A stretch of 32,000 bases of DNA from Candidatus Saccharimonadota bacterium (GTDB taxonomy: Bacteria; Pseudomonadota; Alphaproteobacteria; CAJXXZ01; 1604HC), in the NCBI RefSeq assembly GCF_008189525.1, contig NZ_CP043314.1:60001-92000 (forward strand), given 5' to 3'. Shown here one piece after another: positions 1 through 8,681 of this stretch. Position numbers and translations under genes: made by a program. Every line of letters begins with the position of its first letter. Positions within the stretch are counted from its first letter, which is position 1. A model generated the notes under the pieces. The model ran no database searches. It worked only from the letters and a program-made list of their open reading frames with translations, and was not told the origin of the DNA.

Positions 1-131
1 CATGGTCAGAAATTAAACATAAATAATAAATTAACACGTTGGTTTTATTTTACAGTAACAGCTCATAAAACACAAACAACTTTTGTGATGAGAATATATT
101 AATAAATTAGAATATTTGGTAAGGTGTATAT

Positions 132-653
132 GTGCATTTGTCTTTAAAAAAAGAAAACTTAGTGGGGAAATTCTTGATATCCTCCCCTTTCTTAGATGAA
201 AAAAAATTTAAAAAAACACTGATCTTAATTACAGAGTGTGTTAATTCTAACATAATAGGTGTAGCTGTTAATAAGAAAATGTCTAAATCAGAATGTGATA
301 AAACTTACAAAGATTATAAAATATATTATGGTGGAGATTTAAGTCCTGGAAAAGGCTTGGTTATGTATGATGAGAACATTCCGGGAGTAAATAAAGTAGA
401 AATAATGAAAAATATATTCATTTCTAATTTAGAAGAAATGTTTTCTAAAAATATAGTTCCTAAAAGCCATATAGCAGTTATGGGGCATTTTAAGTGGAAT
501 TACTCATCTCTTATTGAAGAGGCAAAAGAAGGAAACTGGATTCCTGTAGAAGGCTTTCCAAGTGGTGTGATAGGAATGGCAGCTCCTAGCAAGTGGTACG
601 AAGCGTATCATTCTATAAACATTAGGCCAGAATGTTTATGCAGAACACAATAA
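132..653 (+). CDS. YqgE/AlgH family (UPF0301) protein
   Basis: 173-aa ORF with a GTG start. The layout matches my memory of the family consensus: N-terminal LISSPFL..FKKTLILI, then IGVAVNK, YYGGDL, and C-terminal GHFKWNYSSLIEE..EGNWIPV (compare GYAGWxxGQLExEL..naW). No search was run. Confidence 0.7.
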   Translation: MHLSLKKENLVGKFLISSPFLDEKKFKKTLILITECVNSNIIGVAVNKKMSKSECDKTYKDYKIYYGGDLSPGKGLVMYDENIPGVNKVEIMKNIFISNLEEMFSKNIVPKSHIAVMGHFKWNYSSLIEEAKEGNWIPVEGFPSGVIGMAAPSKWYEAYHSINIRPECLCRTQ

Positions 654-1345
654 AATAATAACATTGAGGTAATTGAGATCATAATACTTTTCTGTATTTG
701 TTTGTATTTTAAAGTTAAGTGATTCTGAGCTTTCTCTAATTCAATTCTTCTGCAATATCTTTGGGACTATATAGCATGGCAAGCATATTAACATGACAAT
801 TTCTATATAAGACTGATCAAGGTATATAAGTGATGTGAAAAAAATAGGTAAAAGCGCGTTAAGTATTATAAAGATCAGCAATTTATTCTCCTAGATTAAA
901 TATAAGTACAAGATAGCAGAAATATGTCCTTTGTTAAGGGTTTGTGAGCATTAGAGAGTTATCAGGAATAGATTCCATATTTCTCACTTTAAATTATTAT
1001 GTTTTATTAATGAGTATTTCTCCTATATTGTTTATACAAAAAGCTTATAAGATATTTATAAAATTTAATTGATGACAAAGATTTTTTGTTTTTATATTGA
1101 AAATGAATTTATTTGAAATTATAATTGAAATTTAAAAAATGAACAAAACCCTATAACAAAAATTTTTTTGGACGAAAATAAAATCAAGAGTTTAATTCAA
1201 CAAATCAACAAACTAGAACTAAATTTAATAAATAGACAACCAATTTAATAAATCAAACTAATATGTGAACAAAATTTTTTTACTAACCAAATTATTTAAA
1301 CTAAAATAACTCAATACACGTAACTAATTTAACAAATACATAAAG

Positions 1346-1419
1346 CACGCTCTGTAGGGTTCGAACCTACGACCTACGGCTTAGAAGGCCGTCGCTCTAT
1401 CCAGCTGAGCTAAGAGCGC
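1346..1419 (-). tRNA. tRNA-Arg (anticodon TCT)
   Basis: The reverse complement reads GCGCTCT TA GCTC AGCTGGATA GAGC G ACGGC CTTCTAA GCCGT AGGTC GTAGG TTCGAAC CCTAC AGAGCGT G. This folds into a full cloverleaf with a GG in the D-loop (A20 present) and a TTCGAAC T-loop. The anticodon loop is CT-TCT-AA. The acceptor closes with G1:T72, and no CCA is encoded. Confidence 0.9.
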
Positions 1420-1480
1420 ACCAAACAATTCATATCATTAAGAATAATAAAAAGCAATAAGAAAAGGTAAATATAACCCA

Positions 1481-1502
1481 AAATTGTAAATAAATTGTAA
1501 AT
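1481..1502. repeat. Perfect tandem duplication of the 11-mer AAATTGTAAAT, between the two tRNA-Arg genes
   Basis: Positions 1481-1491 and 1492-1502 are identical (aaattgtaaat aaattgtaaat). Confidence 0.8.
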
Positions 1503-1518
1503 TTTTTTAGAAAAAGAG

Positions 1519-1592
1519 CACGCCCAGAGGGAATTGAACCCCCGGCCTCAAAATTAGGAATCTTGCGCTCTATCCTACTGAGCTATGGGCGC
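1519..1592 (-). tRNA. tRNA-Arg (anticodon CCT)
   Basis: The reverse complement reads GCGCCCA TA GCTC AGTAGGATA GAGC G CAAGA TTCCTAA TTTTG AGGCC GGGGG TTCAATT CCCTC TGGGCGT G. This gives a cloverleaf with anticodon loop TT-CCT-AA. The acceptor again closes with G1:T72, and no CCA is encoded. Confidence 0.88.
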
Positions 1593-1869
1593 ATATAGTA
1601 ATTCAATAACATGTTGATGTTTTTATATCAATGTTTGATAATTTTTTCAGAATCACAAATAGAACAGAAATAAGCATTGTTACCTATATAAGTTCTCTGA
1701 CTAGAAGAGTTAGTTAGGTTCAAGGAATATTGATAGCTTTAATTGATTGCAGGGTTTGGTTATTTGAATTATTTACAGCTAGTCTGATGCAAAATAGAAT
1801 GCTTAACTGAATATATATTTAATTAAAGTTGGTGTTATTTTTAATGAAATAGTAATATATTCCTATTGT

Positions 1870-2589
1870 ATGTATGTATTCGAACAATTTAAAATACTTG
1901 AAATAATTCCTATTAATGTATTTGGGTATGTTATATCTTTTACTAATTCTACTTTGTTCATGGCAATCACAGCTTTGTCTTTGGGATTATTGTCATTTAT
2001 AGGATTAAAAAAAGTTAGGTTCGTCCCAGGATTTTTTCAATCAATTAATGAAATAATATTTAATTTCGTGAAGGGTATTTGTAAGGAGCATCTTGGTAAG
2101 GAATATAAGAATTATCAACCATTAATTATGTCTTTGTTTTTGTTTATAGTGTTTGGAAATCTTTTGGGGCTTTTTCCTATGAGTTTTACTATAACTAGTC
2201 ACTTAAGCGTAACTATGGCATTGTCTTTGATAGTATTTTGTATGGTTGTTTTTGTTGGGATAAGGAAGCATGGGTTTAAGTTTTTTAAATTATTTATCCC
2301 AAATGGAGTTCCTTTGGTAATGTCGCCACTTATATTTTTAATAGAATTTGCTATTTTCCTAGTTAAGCCTTTGATTTTATCTCTAAGATTATGCGTGAAT
2401 ATGGTTGCTGGACATATAATGTTGAAAGTGTTTTTAGGTTTTGCTGTAAAGATGAAATTGTTTTCATTTATCCCTGTTTTTGCATGCTCAATTTTATTGA
2501 TTTTTGAATTTTTTGTGGCTATTTTTCAAGCTTATATCTTTACTGTATTAGCTTGTATTTCTCTGAAAGATGCTTTATATTTGCACTAG
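1870..2589 (+). CDS. atpB: F0F1 ATP synthase subunit a
   Basis: 239-aa polytopic membrane protein. It carries the diagnostic LSLRLCVNMVAGH motif with the essential Arg, and an alpha-type N-terminus (EQF.I..I.PI....ISFTNS). It is followed directly by the c and b subunits. Confidence 0.95.
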   Translation: MYVFEQFKILEIIPINVFGYVISFTNSTLFMAITALSLGLLSFIGLKKVRFVPGFFQSINEIIFNFVKGICKEHLGKEYKNYQPLIMSLFLFIVFGNLLGLFPMSFTITSHLSVTMALSLIVFCMVVFVGIRKHGFKFFKLFIPNGVPLVMSPLIFLIEFAIFLVKPLILSLRLCVNMVAGHIMLKVFLGFAVKMKLFSFIPVFACSILLIFEFFVAIFQAYIFTVLACISLKDALYLH

Positions 2590-2598
2590 GAGTACATT

Positions 2599-2820
2599 AT
2601 GGATGTCAGTACAGGAAAAATGATCGCAGGTGCTTTAGCACTTCTTCCTCTTTTAGGGGTTGCTTATGGTCTTTCTAATATATTTTCTTCTCTTTTTAAG
2701 GCTACAGCTCAAAATCCTGTAGCGAAGGATAGTATGAGCAACATGGCTGTTATAGGTGCTGGTCTGCTTGAATCTGTAGCTTTGCTTGCTTTTGTAATAG
2801 CAATTCTTATAGTGATCTGA
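2599..2820 (+). CDS. atpE: F0F1 ATP synthase subunit c
   Basis: 73-aa two-helix hairpin. It has the polar loop ..AQNP.. and the proton-binding carboxylate in GAGLLESVALLAF. Its position between a and b-prime also fits. Confidence 0.93.
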   Translation: MDVSTGKMIAGALALLPLLGVAYGLSNIFSSLFKATAQNPVAKDSMSNMAVIGAGLLESVALLAFVIAILIVI

Positions 2821-2833
2821 GGAAACAACTCAA

Positions 2834-3265
2834 GTGATACCTCAATTTAATAGCCATTGGTTTTTGTCTCAATTATTTTGGTTTTGTATGGTATTTTTAT
2901 CTTCATTTTTGATTTTGGATAAATTCTACTTTCCTAGAATGAAGAGTGTAATTAGATCTAGAAAGCTTAAGAGAATTGAGCTTGAAGAAAACATAGATAA
3001 GCTTCAAAAAGCTTCAAAACAAATTTCAGAAGAGTTAGATTATTACAAAGAAAAAGTGGATAATGTTTTTAATAAAGCCTTAGAAAGAATAAGGGTAGAT
3101 ATTAAAAAGAAGTATGACTGTAAGGCTACAGAATTAGAAAAAAGCCATCAAGTTCTCATAAAAGATACTGATTTGAAGATAAGTAAGTGGAAAGCTGATT
3201 TTATAAATGAGTTTAAAGCTAAGTCTAAAGATTTGATTGAAGAGATTATAAACAAGATATGCTAG
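2834..3265 (+). CDS. F0F1 ATP synthase subunit b-prime (first of two b-type subunits)
   Basis: 143 aa with a GTG start. One N-terminal transmembrane helix (FWFCMVFLSSFLIL) is followed by a long charged helical region. The alphaproteobacterial operon order is a-c-b-prime-b. The sequence is very divergent, so the call rests on architecture and context. Confidence 0.7.
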   Translation: MIPQFNSHWFLSQLFWFCMVFLSSFLILDKFYFPRMKSVIRSRKLKRIELEENIDKLQKASKQISEELDYYKEKVDNVFNKALERIRVDIKKKYDCKATELEKSHQVLIKDTDLKISKWKADFINEFKAKSKDLIEEIINKIC

Positions 3266-3300
3266 AATGCTAAGGTTTATAAGAATTAGAGGAATGTATA

Positions 3301-3834
3301 GTGATTTTTAATAAGATTTTTTATGAATTTTGTTCATTTTTAGTTTCATTTTTAATAATGAAGAAATTTTTGTTCCCTTTTATAAAAAGGTACGTATTTA
3401 TATATTCTGAAAGCATTGAAAATTCTGTTAAGGATAGAAGTGATAAGATAAATAACTTGGAATTGGAGCTATCTTCTATGAAAAGCAAGATAGATGAATT
3501 AAAAGAAGAATACAAAATTAAGGCATCGAAGCTTCCTCAAAAAGAGAAAGAATTGATAGAAAAACTGATAGAAAGACATAGTAAGATTTTAGATTCAAAA
3601 AGTAAATTTCTTGAGACAGAAATAAATAACATGTGGTCTACTTCTTCAAGCAGAATGAAAGATGAGTGTAAGAAAATTATTTTCAATGAAGTTAAGTCTA
3701 AGATTTTGAAAATGAATTTAGATTTTTCTTCTAATTTAGATACTATAAAAAGAGTGTTAAATGATTTCTCAGAGAATAAAGATTCTGATGTTGTTTTTGA
3801 AAAATCTCAAGATGATCTCTCAAGGGATATATAG
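3301..3834 (+). CDS. atpF: F0F1 ATP synthase subunit b
   Basis: 177 aa with a GTG start. It has an N-terminal transmembrane helix followed by a K/E-rich coiled-coil-like region, and it is the second b-type gene of the F0 operon. The call rests on architecture and context. Confidence 0.7.
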   Translation: MIFNKIFYEFCSFLVSFLIMKKFLFPFIKRYVFIYSESIENSVKDRSDKINNLELELSSMKSKIDELKEEYKIKASKLPQKEKELIEKLIERHSKILDSKSKFLETEINNMWSTSSSRMKDECKKIIFNEVKSKILKMNLDFSSNLDTIKRVLNDFSENKDSDVVFEKSQDDLSRDI

Positions 3835-4583
3835 TGGCAGGTCATTCTAAATTTAGTAATATAAAGCATAAAAAAGAAGCTAATGATAAAAAACGATCAA
3901 AAGAGTTTACAAAACTAGCAAAAGCTATCGCAGCAATTGCTAGACAATGCCCTGACCCTGATAAAAATCCAAGATTAAAAACAGCTATTCATGCTGCTAA
4001 ATCTAAAAATATGCCAAAAGAAAACATAGATAGGGCAATCAAAAAAGCATCAGACAAAGACTGTAATATAGAGATGTCTTATACTGGTTATGGACCTCAC
4101 GGAATTGCGTTTATGATAGAAACCATAACAGACAACTCTAATAGAACTGTTTCTGAGCTTAGAGCTTTGTTCAAAAAGTATGGAAAAGGACTGTCAGATT
4201 TGAGGTTTATTTTCGAAAAAGTTTATGAATTTTGCTTTGTATCTGATTTAACAGAAGACGAAGTAATTCAACTATTAATGGAAAGTGGTGCTGAAAAAAG
4301 CCTTAGGGATATAAAAATTGTTCAGAATAATGTAATGTCTGGAAATGAATCGAATGGTGTTAATAAAATAACCATTGAATTCGAAAATCTAGATAATTTT
4401 GATTCTAATTTCCTAAACAAGTTTAATGATTATGACCAGAAAATAGTTTACTGTCCAAAAGAAAAGGTATTTCTGAAGAATGATGAGCAAAAGAGTGAAA
4501 TAAAGAATTTTCTTGAGATTCTAGAAGACAATGAAGATGTTCAAGAGATATGGAACAACTTAGATATGGAAAGCTTTAAATGA
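3834..4583 (+). CDS. yebC: YebC/PmpR family DNA-binding transcriptional regulator
   Basis: 249 aa with a GTG start that overlaps the atpF stop by 1 nt. The N-terminus MAGHSKFSNIKHKK...K is the family hallmark. The protein also has NPRLKTAI..AK..NMPKENIDRAIKK, and it sits upstream of ruvC in the classic yebC-ruvC arrangement. Confidence 0.93.
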   Translation: MAGHSKFSNIKHKKEANDKKRSKEFTKLAKAIAAIARQCPDPDKNPRLKTAIHAAKSKNMPKENIDRAIKKASDKDCNIEMSYTGYGPHGIAFMIETITDNSNRTVSELRALFKKYGKGLSDLRFIFEKVYEFCFVSDLTEDEVIQLLMESGAEKSLRDIKIVQNNVMSGNESNGVNKITIEFENLDNFDSNFLNKFNDYDQKIVYCPKEKVFLKNDEQKSEIKNFLEILEDNEDVQEIWNNLDMESFK

Positions 4584-5065
4584 AAATACTTGGAATAGAT
4601 GTAGGAATTAGAAAAACTGGTTGGGGTTTGATAAAAATCACTGGCAAAACAAAAAAATACTTAGACTATGGATTGATTAAACCTGATCCAAAATTAACAA
4701 TAGAACAAAGGTTATGTTTCTTACATATAAATATAACTGCTGTTATTGCAAATTCCAATCCAGATCAAATAGGAATAGAAAAGACATTTGTAGGCCTTAA
4801 TCCTGCTTCAGGGTTGATTTTAGGAGCTGCTTTCGGATCTATATTGACAGCTATAGGGATGAGCAAAGTTCCCATGTGTTCTTATTCTACTAAAATAATA
4901 AAGCAGATAGTTGCAGAAAAAGGAAATGCAACTAAAGAAGAAATGGCATCGGCTGTTTGTAAGGTTTTGAAGATAGATATAGATCAGCATGATGTTACAG
5001 ATGCTTTTGGAGCTGCCCTGTGTCACTGGGAAAGTATGCAGGAACTTACAGAAAATAGTAATTAA
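4580..5065 (+). CDS. ruvC: Crossover junction endodeoxyribonuclease RuvC
   Basis: 161 aa. ILGIDVGIRKTGWG holds the catalytic Asp, IEKTFV the Glu, and HDVTDAFGAALCH the C-terminal acidic pair. An ATGA overlap links it to yebC. Confidence 0.93.
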   Translation: MKILGIDVGIRKTGWGLIKITGKTKKYLDYGLIKPDPKLTIEQRLCFLHINITAVIANSNPDQIGIEKTFVGLNPASGLILGAAFGSILTAIGMSKVPMCSYSTKIIKQIVAEKGNATKEEMASAVCKVLKIDIDQHDVTDAFGAALCHWESMQELTENSN

Positions 5066-5225
5066 TGGAATATTAAGCGAATTCTAATTTCATTATTAAG
5101 TTTTAATGCTAAAATTAGTTGTTTTTAATTACATAAACCTACTAAATAGTAATAATTTAGATTGTTTTTATAATATTCTATTTGGACACCTTTACATATT
5201 TACCTCTCTGTTTTAAGATTGGGGT

Positions 5226-5714
5226 GTGAGTAAATCGTTCGTTTCTAAGAAAGAGCATATAAAAAACAAGAAAAGTTACATAATGGATGCTAAGGGTAAA
5301 GTTCTCGGTAGGATTTGTGTGGAAATTGCAAATGTATTAAGAGGAAAGCATCTAAGAACTTTTACAAAAGGTGCAGACTGTGGAGATAGAGTAATAGTTC
5401 TAAATGCACAAGAAGTAGTTCTAACAGGAAAGAAATATAAAAACAAAAAATATTACAGGCATACAGGATACCCTGGTGGTCTGAAAACTAGAACAGCTGA
5501 AGATATTATGACCTCAGATCCATCTGAAATCATTAAAAAAGCTGTAAAAGGAATGCTTAGCAGAGGTCCTTTAGGTAGAACTCAGCTTGGGAATTTAAAA
5601 GTATTTTCTCAAGGAGAGCATGATCTTGGTTCTTTAAGGCCAGAAGTCTGGGCTCCAAAGTCTGGATACATGAATCCTGAGAGTGAAGTTAAAGCTGAAA
5701 AGGTGGTTTCTTAA
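5226..5714 (+). CDS. rplM: 50S ribosomal protein L13
   Basis: 162 aa with a GTG start. It is colinear with E. coli L13: DAKGKVLGRI..LRGKH, VIVLNA..V.LTGKK...K.YY.HTGYPGG, AVKGMLSRGPLGR. Confidence 0.95.
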   Translation: MSKSFVSKKEHIKNKKSYIMDAKGKVLGRICVEIANVLRGKHLRTFTKGADCGDRVIVLNAQEVVLTGKKYKNKKYYRHTGYPGGLKTRTAEDIMTSDPSEIIKKAVKGMLSRGPLGRTQLGNLKVFSQGEHDLGSLRPEVWAPKSGYMNPESEVKAEKVVS

Positions 5715-6268
5715 TGATTTTAAAAACAGAAAATTTAGAAGATAGCGTTTCTGTAGAGATTAGCAAAAATGCTGTTGAGTCTACACTTGAATCTTCATCA
5801 GAAGTTGTAAAGAGTGCAGTAGAAAAAAAAGAAATTACTTCTAAGCCAGAAAAGCCTATTCTAGACAAAATTGGTAGATCATACGGAACTGGTAGAAGAA
5901 AAGAATCAGTTTCTAGAGTTTGGTTTAAATTCTTAGAAGAAGATTCAAAAGAAGAAAATCTATTTACTGTAAATGGAAAAGAAATCAATGCTTATTTCAA
6001 GAGAAGTACACATTCTTCCAAGGCTACAGATCCTATTTCTTTTTTGAAAAAGAAATTTTTAGTAAAAGGTTTTGCTAAAGGTGGAGGGTTATCTGGTCAA
6101 GCTGATGCAGTTAGATTAGGACTTACTAAAGCAATAATAAAATCTGATCCAGAAATGCATAGCATTCTAAAGGCACAAGGTTTTCTAACTACAGATGCTA
6201 GAAAAGTCGAAAGGAAGAAACCTGGGTTTAGAAAAGCTCGTAGAAGACCACAATTTAGAAAGAGATAG
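5714..6268 (+). CDS. rpsI: 30S ribosomal protein S9, with an acidic and Ser-rich N-terminal extension of about 55 aa
   Basis: 184 aa. The core reads YGTGRRKESVSRVW...GGGLSGQADAVRLGLTKA...LTTDARKVERKKPG..KARRRPQFRKR. The start overlaps the rplM stop by 1 nt. Confidence 0.95.
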   Translation: MILKTENLEDSVSVEISKNAVESTLESSSEVVKSAVEKKEITSKPEKPILDKIGRSYGTGRRKESVSRVWFKFLEEDSKEENLFTVNGKEINAYFKRSTHSSKATDPISFLKKKFLVKGFAKGGGLSGQADAVRLGLTKAIIKSDPEMHSILKAQGFLTTDARKVERKKPGFRKARRRPQFRKR

Positions 6269-7375
6269 TTTTCTAAATTATTTTCTAAATTTTGTTTTTT
6301 ATTTGTTAAATCTTTGTTCGTTAATTTATTTCCAATGGAATTCGTATTACATATTTGATTATAAATTATCTTAAATATTATAGTATCTCTAATCATCTCT
6401 GATGATAAATGACAATATCTAATGGTAAATGCTAATATTGCTTGAATTACTTAATATGCATAGATTTGTAGAATAATATTTATATTTGTGGAGAAATATC
6501 TCAAATATCTTTTGCATATTAACTGTTTTGTATAATTCAAATTGTTAAATTAATAGACTGAGCTTTCAAATTTCTAGATAGATTTATATATTCTAATTTG
6601 TTAGTTTTGGATCAACTCATGTACGAGTTTATTATTATAAAACCTATTTATAAAAATTTATTATTATGCAATATTATCTGTTTAGTAATAATTTAGTTTA
6701 TAAGCTAATATATAGAAAGCATTATATTGATTGTATAACCTTTGATTTAGTAAGTTGTTTAGAATTAAGGTTTGATAAAATAAATTTACATGGCATGAAG
6801 GATGTTTTATTAGGTTTGAATTGTAACTATGTTTCATTTGATTATATGTAAGGTGTTTTTTATTCATCCTGAAGTGTCAAATTGCTATATTGTGCATAAA
6901 TCATAGACATATTGTTATGGACTTGTTTGGATTCCAAAATCAAACAAAAATGTATTGTTGCTATGATAGTGCATTGAAAATCGAACTTCTAATAGAGTTT
7001 GCATAAATTATGCTTTTTGAATGGCTTGATAACTTAGGTATTTTGTTTAAATATGCAGTTATTCGCTTATATGTTTTCATTTCTACATTATGTTTTTATT
7101 GTCTGTGAATACGTTGTATGCTTTAGGTTTGTAATTAAAGGAATAGAAACCCAAACCTACAAGAGATTTTTTAATTATCACAATACATGAGAAGATTGCA
7201 CATAGAGGATAATTTATAATTTATTTATTAGAGGTATTTTTAAGATTCATGAAATTATCACGCTAGTAAAATGATCTTTATTTTATATTTCAATCTGATC
7301 ATTTCTGCTGACTATCTTTTTTAGATGTAAATTATGCTTTATGAAAAATAAGCACTTTTAGATACTCTATTGAAA

Positions 7376-8419
7376 TTAAGATTTATCATTCTCTTTGCTT
7401 GAAGGTTTGTTAGGTTTTCTGCTGCTAATTCCATAGATTTCCAGTATTTTGTTTTCTAGTTCTAGCATTTTATCCTTGTTTGCAGAGAAAAATTCCTTAG
7501 CTCCGTCTTTTCCTTGGAATCTATCTGATCCATATGAATACCAAGAACCGGATTTATTAATAATTTGATTCTTAACTCCTAGATCTATAAGTTCTCCAAT
7601 TTTTGAAACTCCTTCTCCAAAGATTATGTCAAACTCAGCAACTTGGAATGGAGGTGCCACTTTGTTTTTTACTACTTTTACTTTAGTTGAGTTTCCTGTA
7701 ATTTCATCTCCTTTTTTGATAGATGATGTTCTTCTTATATCTAATCTTAATGAAGAATAAAACTTCAGAGCATTTCCACCAGTTGTTGTTTCAGGATTTC
7801 CAAAAAATACACCTATTTTCTGTCTGATTTGGTTAATGAAAATAACCATACATTCAGACTTAGAGATTGTTCCAGTAAGTTTCCTTAATGCTTGGCTCAT
7901 TAATCTAGCTTGTAGTCCCATATGAGCATCTCCCATTTCTCCTTCAAGCTCTGATTTTGGAACTAAAGCTGCAACACTATCAAGAACTATTACTTTTGCA
8001 GAACCAGATCTAGCAAAAGTTTCTACTATCTCTAAAGCTTCTTCTCCAGAACTTGGCTGAGCGAACATAAGATTATCTACATCTACTCCTAGTTTTTCAG
8101 CATATTTTTTATCTAATGCATGCTCCATATCAACAAACACACATACTCCACCTTTTTTCTGTGCATTTGCTATTACTTGTAATGCTATTGTTGTTTTACC
8201 AGAACTTTCAGGACCATATATCTCTACAACACGTCCAACAGGAAGTCCACCAATTCCAAGAGCTATGTCTAGAGAAAGTGATCCTGTTGATATAACCTCA
8301 GTTTCTACAGATGATCTTTGGTTTAGATTCATTATAGAATCTTTACCATAAGCTTTTTTAATCTGTTCTATTGCAGCTTTTAAAGCAGATGCCTTTTCGT
8401 CGCTAAGATTTGTATTCAT
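7376..8419 (-). CDS. recA: Recombinase RecA
   Basis: 347 aa. It has Walker [10 protein letters not shown], then [53 protein letters not shown]. An AGGAG Shine-Dalgarno sequence lies 5 nt upstream of the ATG. Confidence 0.99.
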   Translation of the reverse strand: MNTNLSDEKASALKAAIEQIKKAYGKDSIMNLNQRSSVETEVISTGSLSLDIALGIGGLPVGRVVEIYGPESSGKTTIALQVIANAQKKGGVCVFVDMEHALDKKYAEKLGVDVDNLMFAQPSSGEEALEIVETFARSGSAKVIVLDSVAALVPKSELEGEMGDAHMGLQARLMSQALRKLTGTISKSECMVIFINQIRQKIGVFFGNPETTTGGNALKFYSSLRLDIRRTSSIKKGDEITGNSTKVKVVKNKVAPPFQVAEFDIIFGEGVSKIGELIDLGVKNQIINKSGSWYSYGSDRFQGKDGAKEFFSANKDKMLELENKILEIYGISSRKPNKPSSKENDKS

Positions 8420-8681
8420 TGTTCTCCTCGTTTTCTATTTGTTAAAAATTTTAATATCTGATAGTCAGGTCATGGAAATCAGACTTAATTTAATTAATAA
8501 CTTAAACAGTCTCGCTTGATTTTATGCTATTAAAATTGTTTTTTCAATTTACTTTGATAAATAATATTTGTAAAATTTTAGTTATATTTTTCTACTAAAT
8601 GCGTATTTTATATTAAATGATGAATTTCAAATTAATAATTCAAAAATCAATAAACATAAATAAAAATAAGGGTTTGAAAAT

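Noticed and set aside
654-1140. Possible small structured RNA (SRP RNA, RNase P, tmRNA, 6S) in the moderately less AT-rich part of the YqgE-tRNA spacer
   Set aside because: I found none of the conserved signature strings I know: the SRP GGAAGCAGC-type motif, the RNase P GAGGAAAGTCC, or a tmRNA tag ORF ending in ALAA with a T-arm. This cannot be excluded without a covariance-model scan.
6401-6440. Imperfect 20-bp tandem repeat (gatgataaatgacaatatct / aatggtaaatgctaatattg) downstream of rpsI
   Set aside because: Only about 14 of 20 positions match in a region of very low complexity. That is not distinguishable from chance without a statistical test.
6666-6867. Two 61-aa ORFs that overlap each other on opposite strands in the rpsI-recA spacer
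   Set aside because: They are mutually antisense, extremely AT-rich, and have Y/N/L/I-rich products with no Shine-Dalgarno sequence. They look like chance ORFs at the size cutoff.
8420-8681. Possible SOS (LexA) box or CtrA box (TTAA-N7-TTAA) upstream of recA
   Set aside because: No GAAC-N7-GAAC or GTTC-N7-GTTC alpha-type LexA box is present. Several TTAA motifs occur near 8485-8510, but none has the exact N7 spacing, and TTAA is expected frequently at this base composition.
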